A stretch of 64,000 bases of DNA from Candidatus Poribacteria bacterium (GCA_965208675.1 OZ242351.1:3296001-3360000); one strand, 5' to 3'. Numbered from the stretch's first letter, positions 47,957-58,048 are shown. Numbers and translations are program-made. The notes: a model not told the origin generated them from the letters alone.

Positions 47957-49897
47957 ATGACCATGATGATTATAACGAAATGCCATCAACGAACCAATAC
48001 ATGTGATGCGAATCGTTACTTGTCGGCACGAATTGAGTTCGTTCCACATTTTTTTGTATTATTGCTCATGATGAATTTCAGTGTTTTTTCCTCAGATGCC
48101 CAAAATCAACAAGAGCAAATTGTGTTTGTGGCTGAGGTCGCAGACCTTGAACAAATACACCTAAGAAAGGCTGGAGGCGGTCGAGTTAAAACTAATAAGC
48201 TCACATTACAAGAGCCAACAGGAAGCTATTTAACACCATCACTATCGTTTGATGGAGAACAGGTTGCATTTGCCTCTCGACTTGGACGAAACTATGATAT
48301 CTATGTTATGGAGCTACAGTCTCGTAAGCAGCGCCGCGTGACGTTTGCGCCAAGTCGGGACCTTTATCCGTCTTGGGCGCCCGATGGAAGTCGGATTGCC
48401 TTTGCTTCGGACAAAGAGGGAGTTTTCAATCTCTATACCATCGAAAAAAATGGAGAAAACCGCACCCGTCTGACAAATAGTTCGGGCGACGACATCCAGC
48501 CTGACTGGTCTCCGGACGGGAGCAAAATAGCGTTCGCATCTGATCAGGCGAGCGCGGTGCATCAAGTTTACTGGATGCATGTCCGAACAGGGCACCAACA
48601 GCAACTGACACAAAGGACTTTTCATATCCGGTACCCGAGATGGTCACCTGATGGGACAAGGGTGGCATTCTATTCGGGAGTGTCTGCTTGGGTGCCGCCA
48701 CTCGGCAAAAGGCAAATTTGGCAGGTCAGCGCGGATGGAACCGGTTTAAAAAGCCTAATCACTGACGGCGACTACAATGATGACCCGGTTGTTTCTCATG
48801 ACTTAAAGCGTATTGCTTTTACATCAACGAGAGACGGTAACACGGACATTTATACCTACGATAGGGATTCGATGCAAATTCACCGCATAACGCATGACCC
48901 GTCTGACGATTATCAGCCGAGTTGGTCTCCGGACGGCAAACACCTTGTTTTTGTTTCTGACAGAACGGGCAACCCTGATATTTACAAGATGAACGCCGAT
49001 GGCGGCGGGATTGTTAGGTTGACTCGAAGCGATGCCGATGAAACTATGCCGGCTTGGTCTCCAAGAGGCGACATGATTTGTTTCGTGCGAAAGGTAGGAG
49101 ATGATTTAGTTGGAAGACGGGAGATTCGTGTGATGGCCAGCAACGGCAACGGTCAAATGCGGCTGGATTATATACCGCATTCAAACAGATTTCCGGCATG
49201 GTCGCCGAAAGCGGATAAGATTGCCTTTGTGAATAGGCCCGAACGGCTCTCTAGGGTTGTTCGCATCTATACAGTTGATATAGATGGACAGAATAAACGA
49301 TTGTTATTTGAGACATTAGATGGTGCAATCAGAAAAATCAGTTGGTCTCCGAATGGCAGGCAAATCGCGTTTGTCTATCACTCTTCACGTGATGGGATTC
49401 TTCAAGAAATCCGCATACTTAATGTGCATACACGAAAGGTCAACACAATTGAAATTGAATTGAAGGTGGTCGATAATTTTAAGGTAGTTGAGTTTCAAAA
49501 TGCTGCTTGGGCACCAATAGGCAGGACGATAGTGTTTTCAGGTATGCCATTACGTCCAGTGTCCACCGTACCCCCTTTCCGCTATGGCATTTTCTTGGCG
49601 GACGCCGATGGCGATAAGACTCAAGAACCAGAACCCTTATGGGATACCTTCATCCCCAAGAAGCAATACCCATACAAAAAAGAACGTTTTTCGTGGTCTC
49701 CGGATGGGGATAGCATCCTATTTAGCCGAGGAGATGGAAACATTTACTTAACAAAGTTGGGTGGTGGAGGGATTACACGTTACTTTAACAATGCGCATTC
49801 ACCGGATTGGAAGACGCCTCGTGTCTGGCGGAGCGTAACTCCCAAGAACAAGCTGCAAACAACTTGGGGTGAAGTCAAAGAAATAATCCGTAACTAA
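47957..49897 (+). CDS. TolB-like PD40 double beta-propeller protein, tandem paralog
   Basis: Colinear with the previous gene, including about 40 bp of upstream DNA. C-terminal VTPKNKLQTTWGEVK. Confidence 0.9.
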   Translation: MTMMIITKCHQRTNTCDANRYLSARIEFVPHFFVLLLMMNFSVFSSDAQNQQEQIVFVAEVADLEQIHLRKAGGGRVKTNKLTLQEPTGSYLTPSLSFDGEQVAFASRLGRNYDIYVMELQSRKQRRVTFAPSRDLYPSWAPDGSRIAFASDKEGVFNLYTIEKNGENRTRLTNSSGDDIQPDWSPDGSKIAFASDQASAVHQVYWMHVRTGHQQQLTQRTFHIRYPRWSPDGTRVAFYSGVSAWVPPLGKRQIWQVSADGTGLKSLITDGDYNDDPVVSHDLKRIAFTSTRDGNTDIYTYDRDSMQIHRITHDPSDDYQPSWSPDGKHLVFVSDRTGNPDIYKMNADGGGIVRLTRSDADETMPAWSPRGDMICFVRKVGDDLVGRREIRVMASNGNGQMRLDYIPHSNRFPAWSPKADKIAFVNRPERLSRVVRIYTVDIDGQNKRLLFETLDGAIRKISWSPNGRQIAFVYHSSRDGILQEIRILNVHTRKVNTIEIELKVVDNFKVVEFQNAAWAPIGRTIVFSGMPLRPVSTVPPFRYGIFLADADGDKTQEPEPLWDTFIPKKQYPYKKERFSWSPDGDSILFSRGDGNIYLTKLGGGGITRYFNNAHSPDWKTPRVWRSVTPKNKLQTTWGEVKEIIRN

Positions 49898-49966
49898 CCT
49901 TATTTTTCTGAGATTTCGTTCGTAAAGATATAGCTTCTCTTGGCACTTTCGAATGAGGTAAAGATT

Positions 49967-50299
49967 ATGCGAAAAAAACGGCTTCCCTTGGTGATACTAC
50001 TAAGCATAGCAGTTTCATTTTTGCTCTACTTCTTCATATCCAATTGGTTGGAAGAACCAGAAATCCAGATAGTATACGTGCTGCCGGATGAACCTATCAA
50101 GGCTGTCGCTAAACGGCGGTCCCGGTATTATGCTGCTCATGCTCAAACCACAGGGCAAGGCGAACGACATGAGTCGATGGAAGTACAGCATGAACTACCT
50201 GATGAAATGGAACGCGATAACCGAGAATTCAACACATCGCTACTTCTTTCCTTCTTGACAACCTCGCGGCAATCGGTTACAATTACCTTCCTAAAATAA
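49967..50299 (+). CDS. Short membrane-anchored hypothetical protein, possibly truncated
   Basis: RBS GAGG, basic N-terminus plus TM. Ends just before a repeat-rich intergenic region. Confidence 0.45.
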   Translation: MRKKRLPLVILLSIAVSFLLYFFISNWLEEPEIQIVYVLPDEPIKAVAKRRSRYYAAHAQTTGQGERHESMEVQHELPDEMERDNREFNTSLLLSFLTTSRQSVTITFLK

Positions 50300-50434
50300 G
50301 CACCTCCGTGTCCGGAAAAATGGGGTCTCTTCATATATCGAAACGATTGCATAGGTGCATAGCGCTGACGTTTGAGGCGTAAGAAATATTGGGGCGTGTT
50401 GACATTTATGTAAAGCTGCCTGTAATCGTAAGGG

Positions 50435-50490
50435 ATCAACCGAGTGAATAGCGAGGGATCAAGCGACTGAATAGGGAGTGCGATAGTTTT
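50435..50490 (+). repeat. 33-nt hairpin element: truncated copy (50435-50457) plus full copy (50458-50490)
   Basis: ATCAACCGAGTGAATAGCGAGGG followed by ATCAAGCGACTGAATAGGGAGTGCGATAGTTTT. Confidence 0.9.
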
Positions 50491-50824
50491 ACTTATAGTG
50501 TTTATCAGGCAACCTCGCCCATTGACCAACGCGGGCAGGGAACTCTCAACCATACAGGTTGAGTGGGTTGTACATCAAGAATCATATCTTGAAAAAATAA
50601 CAGGAGTGTTGCACCATAGTCTTGGCTCAAAAAAGCCGGCATGTTGCACTACATTCTAGAGTAACACCGAATTTGGTCAAACAACCTACAGCAGCCCGAA
50701 AGCGTGTCTGATTGTAAACAAAGGGTTGGGGGACCCAACCCCTACGAAAGGTCATGTGTCTGTGCACCTCTCTCGATTGTCCGGTTGTGATGAAATGTCA
50801 AGGAGAACCTAGTAACTTGGAAAC

Positions 50825-51583
50825 ATGAGAACACCAATCGTTGCGGGTAACTGGAAACTCTACAAGACAATCAGTGAGGCTGTAGAGTTTGGTATTGAGT
50901 TGCGGGAATTAGCCGCGGATGTTACCGGTGTTGAGATTGTTATCGCTCCTCCCTTTACAGCCCTCTCGGCGGTTGCAAATGTGCTAGCAGGCAGCAATAT
51001 CCGTCTTGCAGCGCAGGATGTGTTCTGGGAAGAAAAAGGTGCATTTACCGGCGAAGTTTCTCCAGGAATGCTCAAGGATGCCGGTTGTGACTATGTAATC
51101 ATCGGTCATTCTGAGCGGCGGGGATATTTCGGCGAAACGGATGTAAGCGTCAATCGCAAGGCAAAAGCGGCGCACATTCACGGCTTAAGACCGATTCTCT
51201 GTGTGGGCGAGAAACTTGAAGATCGGGACGCCGGAAATACCCAATCGGTCGTTGAAGCACAGGTCGTGAAGGGAATTTCCGGGTTCTCCGAATCCGAAGT
51301 GCTGTCTACCGTGATCGCCTATGAACCCGTGTGGGCGATTGGCACGGGCATAACCGCAAGATCGGATCAGGCACAGGAAGTTCACGGTTTTATCAGATCG
51401 TTGTTGTCGAGAATCTACTCGACTGATGCGGCAAAGCAGGTGTGCCTCCAATATGGCGGCAGTGTCAACGCAGGCAACACTGCCGAGTTGATGGCGCAAC
51501 CGGATGTGGATGGCGTCTTGGTTGGCGGAGCAAGCTTGGAAGTTGAGTCATTTGCACAGATCGTAAGAGCAGCACACGGATAA
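50825..51583 (+). CDS. tpiA: Triosephosphate isomerase
   Basis: AGNWK, IIGHSERR, AYEPVWAIGTG, YGGSV and LVGGASL. Confidence 0.99.
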   Translation: MRTPIVAGNWKLYKTISEAVEFGIELRELAADVTGVEIVIAPPFTALSAVANVLAGSNIRLAAQDVFWEEKGAFTGEVSPGMLKDAGCDYVIIGHSERRGYFGETDVSVNRKAKAAHIHGLRPILCVGEKLEDRDAGNTQSVVEAQVVKGISGFSESEVLSTVIAYEPVWAIGTGITARSDQAQEVHGFIRSLLSRIYSTDAAKQVCLQYGGSVNAGNTAELMAQPDVDGVLVGGASLEVESFAQIVRAAHG

Positions 51584-51601
51584 AGTAAAGCGAGGATTAT
51601 C

Positions 51602-52000
51602 ATGGGAATTTTTATCGGTTTTGTAATGGTACTATTTGTGCCCGTATGTATTTTGTTGGTAGTCATCATATTGTTGCAAGATAGTAAAGGTGAGGGGCTG
51701 TCATCTAGCGCATTTGGAGCCTCTGAAGTACAATCGATTTTGGGCGGTCGAGGGGCTGCGACCTTTCTCTCCAAACTTACAACCTGGCTCGCTGTTGGAT
51801 TCATGGTGATGTCGCTCTTTTTAATGCGTTTCTACGGTGATATTAATAGCGGCGCCTTGACCCCGATTGAGACGGAAGAGGCGCAGTCGGAAAGCGCTGT
51901 GTCCACTGATGATGATGAAGGCAATCAAGCAGAAACAGATGAAGTTATTGACGCTGCTGAAACCGGCGGCACCGGCGACGCTGAATCCGATAGTCAATAG
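51602..52000 (+). CDS. secG: Preprotein translocase subunit SecG
   Basis: Two TMs, ILLQ..KG.GL..AFG, FLSKLT, and the conserved tpiA-secG order. Confidence 0.92.
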   Translation: MGIFIGFVMVLFVPVCILLVVIILLQDSKGEGLSSSAFGASEVQSILGGRGAATFLSKLTTWLAVGFMVMSLFLMRFYGDINSGALTPIETEEAQSESAVSTDDDEGNQAETDEVIDAAETGGTGDAESDSQ

Positions 52001-52058
52001 TCCTTATTGTCAATCGTTACTCGTTTCCCCTTGAGTTTTTAACCCTGTTAAACCGCCA

Positions 52059-52475
52059 ATGTCCGAGCAAGGAGTTCCTCAAGAGAGTTGGACTGTCCAC
52101 CCGCTCTGCGACAGTTGGAAGCGCTCTGCACTCTTGTTCCTTTTCCTCACCGCTATTTTCATTACCGTCTATTTTTTCTGGCGGTCTGTGTGGGTTACGC
52201 TTTTTTCGGCGATACTTCTAATTGGATCGCTGTACCGGTATTTCGTGCCATTCCGTTATGAACTCTTCGCGGATGGATTAGTTGTTACGTCATTGTTTTA
52301 CCGCGTTGCAAAACCGTGGTCAGACTTCCATAGCTTCTATGTCGATCGCAACGGCGTATTGCTTAGCCCATTCGCCAAACCCTCCCGCCTTGAGAATTTC
52401 CGAGGCCTATATGTCCGTTTTGGTTCCAACCGTCTCGAAGTGATTGATTTCATCAAACGAAAAATTTCATCATGA
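52059..52475 (+). CDS. Hypothetical two-TM membrane protein
   Basis: Two hydrophobic helices, then a soluble domain with LSPF..PSRLENFRG. Confidence 0.75.
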   Translation: MSEQGVPQESWTVHPLCDSWKRSALLFLFLTAIFITVYFFWRSVWVTLFSAILLIGSLYRYFVPFRYELFADGLVVTSLFYRVAKPWSDFHSFYVDRNGVLLSPFAKPSRLENFRGLYVRFGSNRLEVIDFIKRKISS

Positions 52476-52594
52476 AGTTGTAGGTGGACGCGACCCATGA
52501 CATCAATCGCCGAGACTGATGAAAGATTGCGGCCGGATAGGTGCTTTTCGGTAGTTAATCAGTTACTGATATGTCCGAGTCCGCGATTTTGTAT

Positions 52595-52623
52595 TTGATT
52601 AAAAAATCTAGTTGTGCTATACT
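52595..52623 (+). promoter_or_regulatory. Putative sigma70 promoter
   Basis: TTGATT-17 bp-TATACT with extended TG. Confidence 0.5.
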
Positions 52624-52757
52624 AAAAACCCTGATTGAACCAAGCAATCCACAATAAATCCACCAGCAGTGATGGGATTAACCGAATGAATGATGAGGGC
52701 GATAGTATTCCAAGTCGCCAAAGTTTTGAAGTTCCCGCTAAGGAGGTAAAATCTCTA

Positions 52758-53549
52758 ATGAAGAGTTCGAACGACTCTGTAAAAATGAATATTGTTGCAT
52801 TGCTCATATTTACCTTATTCGTTGCCGGCTGTATGGGAGGAACCGCGTTAAAACACGAAGCGCCGGTTCTCCCTCCTGAGAATCTACCCGAAGATATCGT
52901 GCTTGACGCAGAAAACCCTGACTTTTTCAAAATCGCTGCCAAAGGCCCAATACTTTCAATGACGCAGAAGGATATTACCGTTTCACTTTCCTATTGGCGA
53001 AACGCCGATCTTAATTTTAGATACAATCGCGGGAGTTCAGTCTCACCTTTTTTTGAAACAGAAGGACTTAAACAAGGCGATAAGACAGATGTCTTTTATG
53101 TGAAAATCGAAAACAACAGTCCCCAGAAAGTAATCTTCAAGGTACAGGGAAGACGGGCTAGAGATGTGGGGGGATCGACGGCGATATGTGAAATAGCCGA
53201 TAAGAGAGAGAATCGTTTCCCAGTGCTGAGTTACGCAGATTTGGAGCAACGTCTCAGATACATGTCAAAGGTCGGCGGGATGTATGTCAAGAATGGACTC
53301 GCGATAGCCAAGCAAATCTTACTAGAACTTCAGATTCCAGACGATGTAATACTACCGGGAGAAAGCGCCGAAGGTTTCCTTCCATTTCAAGAGCTGAAAC
53401 TAAACACCAGAGAGTTAGAAGTAATCATCCCGTTGGAGAAAGCGCCGCCGGAAGGTACAGCAGGGCGTTATCAAAACGTAGTGTTCAGATTCCCCTTTGA
53501 ACACTCCGAATCGATTAGACACGCTCAACCTCCCACCACCAGATACTGA
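52758..53549 (+). CDS. Hypothetical lipoprotein
   Basis: RBS AGGAGG; hydrophobic signal ending in the lipobox VAGC. Confidence 0.75.
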   Translation: MKSSNDSVKMNIVALLIFTLFVAGCMGGTALKHEAPVLPPENLPEDIVLDAENPDFFKIAAKGPILSMTQKDITVSLSYWRNADLNFRYNRGSSVSPFFETEGLKQGDKTDVFYVKIENNSPQKVIFKVQGRRARDVGGSTAICEIADKRENRFPVLSYADLEQRLRYMSKVGGMYVKNGLAIAKQILLELQIPDDVILPGESAEGFLPFQELKLNTRELEVIIPLEKAPPEGTAGRYQNVVFRFPFEHSESIRHAQPPTTRY

Positions 53550-54167
53550 TGGCAGCAGCGTAGTGTCTGAAGTAGTTCATCTTCAATGTCGGTAGGCTTA
53601 ATTTAATCGCCTCTTTCTCATTGCGAGTTGATTTCCATTTTGGCGGGACAGCCGTGTTTGGCTAGATTTACAACCATTGATGAAGTGCGTTTTTACAAAA
53701 TGGCGTGCTATCTTCGCTTGGACGCTGAAGTCATGTAAATGTCAAGTGCGACTAACCCCCATCTCTATCTCTTTTTTGCTCGCAGCTTTAGGTATTTTCC
53801 ATTTGTCAATTTAACATTAATAGTTCGGCTTTCATGGCTGAAAGCAGCCTAGATTTCAAAAGTAGTCTCCCGCTTGGTTTAATATCCCTCCAGTATCTTG
53901 CCGTTAACTCTTTCAATGGCGCTGTCCTCGGCAGCTAATGCCATTTCTCCAAGATGCCAGTGCATAAAAAGCGGAATCAAGCAAGAATTTCCTGCAATGC
54001 TCGCCGCTTTAACACCAACCCATCACCTTCGCTGCCAACACCGTACGCTTACGTGCGCTCGTAACCATAGTCCATCGCTCAAACACACAATTCAAAATTC
54101 CGACAGCCGCCTCGCCAAAGCCGAAATGCGGGCTATGCAATAGGGGGTCTCTCTTGCGTGAACGGCG

Positions 54168-55919
54168 TCAAACCTTGAAGATTTCTCCTAGACGGTTGCC
54201 GAGAAATCGTCCGGCGGCGATGAGGCATGCAGTCAATATAAACATCCCAACTACACCCATTGCACTGGCGACATAGGCTCCCCCTACCGGACGTTGCGAG
54301 AGATTCCAGATGGCTTTGGTAATTGGGTTGAATTGGTCTCGCATTGACAATATTAAGCTGTCGGCGACTTCCAACATTGAGAATGAGAACACCAGAATAG
54401 ACCCAGCGATGATATTGGCTGCCACTAGCGGAAGCGTAATCTTGTAGAGTGAACGTGCTGGACTTGCGCCTAGATTCTGCGAGGCTTCCTCGAATGTAAC
54501 GCTGGTTTGCTGGAGTCCGGCATAAATCGAGCGAAGCATATACGGTAACCGCCGCACAGCGTAGCTAATGATTAGCAGTGCAATAGGGTTTTGGCGAGGG
54601 TCTAATTTTGACACAATTTGATCCGGTAGATGGCGGAGTAGCAGTGTCGTATTCGCGAAGCTTCCGACATAACCAAATGCAAGCGCCACGCCGGGGAGCG
54701 CTAAGGGTAACATCGCGATAGCATCAATTGAATTTTTGAAAGGAATGCGTTTTCGGGTGAGCAAATACGATATCAGAATGCCAAAGATGAGCGCCAGTAA
54801 GGTACTGAACGTGCTGTAAAGTAAGCTGTTCTTAATGCTAGGAAGGGTATCATTGTGAGTGAACACGGTTTCATAATGTTTCGGTGTGTAGCTTTGCGGG
54901 AAAACACTGAAATTCCATTGACTTGCATCGGGGGTTAGAGAGGTCAACACCACGCTGATGTGCGGGAGGAATGCTATGAGAAAAATTCCCCCCACCACTA
55001 TATAAATCACGAGGCGCATCCGCTTGCTGGCTTGAACTTCACGAGTGCTGACATGACCGCGTCCCAACATTGCATACTGTTTGTTGCCTGTATACCGTTT
55101 GGATACATAGAATGCGATTGCAGTTAGCAAAATAACCAAAACAACGAGTGCGTATCCCATCGGGTTAACGTTTGCGTCTGTGACTTGCCGGAAAATTTGT
55201 ACCGCAATAACTTCGTTATAGTTCAAAATTAACGGTGTGCCCAAATCAGTGAACGCCCAGATGAAAACAAGAATAGCGCCGGCGAAATAGCCGGGCAGCA
55301 TAAGCGGGAATGTAATCGTCCAAAGCACTTTGAGGCGCGAAGCACCCATGTTTTCGGCTGCTTCCTCCAGACTGCGATCTACATTGGATAGGGCAGCGAC
55401 AACGTTTAAGTACATGATTGGATAGAGGTGCAGAGTTGCTAGCAGCACTACCCCCCAAAAACCGCTGCCGAACCAGTCAATTGGTTCGGCAAATTCAATG
55501 AGTCCAATCTTCATGAGGAACATATTCACGCTGCCATACAACCCAAAAAACTTCTGCATGCCAATCGCGCCGACGAAGGGCGGCATTATTATCGGAATCA
55601 GGATGATGCCCTGCAGGGTACTCCGTCCGGGGAAGCGATAACGCGTCAAGAAATAGGCGAGGGGAAGGCTAACGAATGTTGCAGCAATTGTTACGGCGAT
55701 TCCAATCTTAAAGCTGTTAGTTACTAGTTCACGTGCGTTTCCATCCGTAACAATTAGCTTAAAATACGATAGGCTGAATCTTCCATCGATCCAAAAAGAT
55801 TCTTTGAATATGTAAAGAAGGGGATATATCAGGAATATGGTGAAGAAAAGGACAATTGGTAGGAGCAGGACGAAAACAGAGCGATCAAGCGAACGAATAG
55901 TGAGTGCGATAGTCTTCAC
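54168..55919 (-). CDS. fbpB: Fe(III)-type ABC transporter permease (FbpB-like)
   Basis: Two EAA loops (LEEAAENMGAS and FEEASQNLGAS), PPFVGA and FTDLGTPL. Confidence 0.9.
   Translation of the reverse strand: MKTIALTIRSLDRSVFVLLLPIVLFFTIFLIYPLLYIFKESFWIDGRFSLSYFKLIVTDGNARELVTNSFKIGIAVTIAATFVSLPLAYFLTRYRFPGRSTLQGIILIPIIMPPFVGAIGMQKFFGLYGSVNMFLMKIGLIEFAEPIDWFGSGFWGVVLLATLHLYPIMYLNVVAALSNVDRSLEEAAENMGASRLKVLWTITFPLMLPGYFAGAILVFIWAFTDLGTPLILNYNEVIAVQIFRQVTDANVNPMGYALVVLVILLTAIAFYVSKRYTGNKQYAMLGRGHVSTREVQASKRMRLVIYIVVGGIFLIAFLPHISVVLTSLTPDASQWNFSVFPQSYTPKHYETVFTHNDTLPSIKNSLLYSTFSTLLALIFGILISYLLTRKRIPFKNSIDAIAMLPLALPGVALAFGYVGSFANTTLLLRHLPDQIVSKLDPRQNPIALLIISYAVRRLPYMLRSIYAGLQQTSVTFEEASQNLGASPARSLYKITLPLVAANIIAGSILVFSFSMLEVADSLILSMRDQFNPITKAIWNLSQRPVGGAYVASAMGVVGMFILTACLIAAGRFLGNRLGEIFKV
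55884..55916 (+). repeat. 33-nt hairpin element forming codons 2-12 of the permease ORF
   Basis: ATCAAGCGAACGAATAGTGAGTGCGATAGTCTT; the minus strand reads KTIALTIRSLD. Confidence 0.88.
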
Positions 55920-56029
55920 TAGTTTTGGGGATTACACCCCTTTTTGATCGGATTTAAGGTGATGTATAATTTTTGGTTGCCGTGACTATAAACAAATTTT
56001 GTTTGTAAGATTGTAGGTTAGCTTGAACA

Positions 56030-56062
56030 ATCAACTGAGCGAATAGCAAAGACGGTAGTCTT
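56030..56062 (+). repeat. 33-nt hairpin element (diverged)
   Basis: ATCAACTGAGCGAATAGCAAAGACGGTAGTCTT. Confidence 0.85.
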
Positions 56063-56224
56063 ATCATATTAAGAGGACATCGGTTTTACGTGGGCGGCTG
56101 ATGCCAAGTCGGTAACAGCGTCAATAATTTTAGAAAATTAAGCCGCCCATAAGATTTAAACCTCGCCACTCGAATGAGTTAGATGCAAATTGGGGAAACG
56201 CGCTGGCAATATAGCGGCTGTTCT

Positions 56225-57943
56225 CTATCTGGGCACAACAGCGAGTTCCCGATTTAAATTATACATTAGCGGTCGGCGGTCAAAATCGTCTACGAAGTCG
56301 TACAGTCCGTAAAGAATCGATCCGTCATTTTGAATCGTTTTGTCTTGAAGCGAGTCATATGCGAGGTTTTTTAGATACTCGTTTTTTTCGCCAATCCTTT
56401 GCGCGACAAGATTACGCCGCGTAGTAAAACGTACAGCTTTCTCCAGCTGCGTTGGAACGGGTGCTGAGATGTTCAGTGTGTCAGCGTTTTTGCTAATGCG
56501 ATACGTCTTCTTATTTTCGTGATTGACTATCAGCCACTAGCTGCCCTTGTCTTCAATCGAGATTTTGGCATTCTTGGGTAGGGGGAGGCTATTGTTTTGG
56601 AATTCTTGCCGCAGATTAACCGAAATTTTTCGTTTATCCAATTCAGTTTGGAACTCTATCCCAATACTAGCGAGCGGCTTTTGACGCAGTTGGAGAAACC
56701 TCTTCATCAAATACCAACGCTTAGGCCCGCCGTTATAGAAGGTGTAGTCTGTCCAGTACGACGGATTGAGATTTCGATCTAGGTTTAATTCGGTTTTGAG
56801 GAGAGCAGCATTGTCGCCGTAAAATTTCATACATTCATCATATAAGTCATACATCTCATCCCGTTTGAGGTGATAAGCAGCTAGAAAAGCGCTGATATGG
56901 GGCCTTTTAAGCAAATTGATATAATATCTGCCCGCAGGGTTTTTCGTGGGGTTGAAAGTGCCTTTTAGCTCTGCTTCGAGTCGAGTCAAATAGTTCGTCC
57001 ATGTCAGCGGTTCACCCGTCTCTACGTCTTTACCAAGGTTAAGAAATTCCAGAAAGGGGCTATATACCGGGGAGCCCGGATTCATAATGTCGCGGATTAA
57101 CCCGGGTAAAACCGCCAAGTTATTTTGTGCAATCCCAATATCATCGTTATTTACTCGGGCGTCATTGCGGCCTACTGCGATTTCATCGAAGTTCGATTCA
57201 ATCTCAAAAATTTTCAAAAGCCGCAGTGGATCCACGCCAGCTACTTGCCCAGCCACAAGCGCAAACGGGAAATAACGCCTGCCTTCAAACAGAACGTGCC
57301 GCAACGTCATCGGTGAATAGCCGGGAACCTTGAGACCCTTCTGATAGATTAGTTCATCTGTCGTAATTCCGTAGACCCTTCGCTCAGTCTCAAGATCGAA
57401 ATTTTTATAAATCCAATAAGCTTGTTCAATCGCCGCTGCAATTCGGTTCTCAAAGGTCAGTTGATAAGTCGAACGCAATGTTTCATCGTAAACGACGACT
57501 GATTGCCCATGCCAATCTCTTTGAGCATATCCTGACACTGCGAGTTCAATCAACTTCTGTTGTAGATCCATGCCGGGCTGCGTAAGCTGATTTAGTACGT
57601 CATCTATTGCCGCGTCCTGAATTGTCTTTTGATTGGTCAACGTAACAGCAAGCGTCTGGTTATTTTTTAGATAATGCCAAACTGTGTCATGGTCCTTTAC
57701 AATACGATACCCAAGGAAAACACCTAGTGCAGAGATACCTAGAGCGGTTAATATGGACGCGATTATCAAAATTATTCGGGAAGTTTTTTTAGCTATTGCG
57801 AAAAGGGAAGTTTTCGGTACAAACGGCGGAATCAATTTATGCAGGCAATCACCCATTTTTTTCTCATCCAAAACGAGCGGTTCAATTTGTGAAGGACCCG
57901 ACTTTCGCCGATTACGATTCCATTTTCGCTGTGGTGTTGTCAT
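56225..57943 (-). pseudogene. Membrane-anchored lysozyme/SLT-like protein with internal in-frame TAG (56537-56539)
   Basis: N-terminal TM; IFEIESNF, DIGIAQ and YNGGP are lytic-transglycosylase-like motifs. The frame continues for 103 sense codons after the TAG to a stop at 56225. Confidence 0.6.
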
Positions 57944-58048
57944 AGTATTCTAAACTAAACGGTGAGTGTCTCGAATGGGGCCCTGAATAGTGTTAATCTG
58001 CTGATTCACGTTCAAACAATTCAATGTTCGAGGTTTTAAAAATTTTCG

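Noticed and set aside
45963-49897. Bona fide tolB of the Tol-Pal system
   Set aside because: No TolB N-terminal domain and no tolQRA/pal neighbours; these are multi-copy PD40 proteins.
52000-52060. tRNA after secG (a common arrangement)
   Set aside because: The gap is too short and has no cloverleaf or T-loop motif.
53550-54167. About 600-bp intergenic region as an ncRNA, riboswitch or the 81-aa ORF 53898..54143
   Set aside because: I could not recognise an RNA motif, RBS or protein signature. An Rfam search would be needed.
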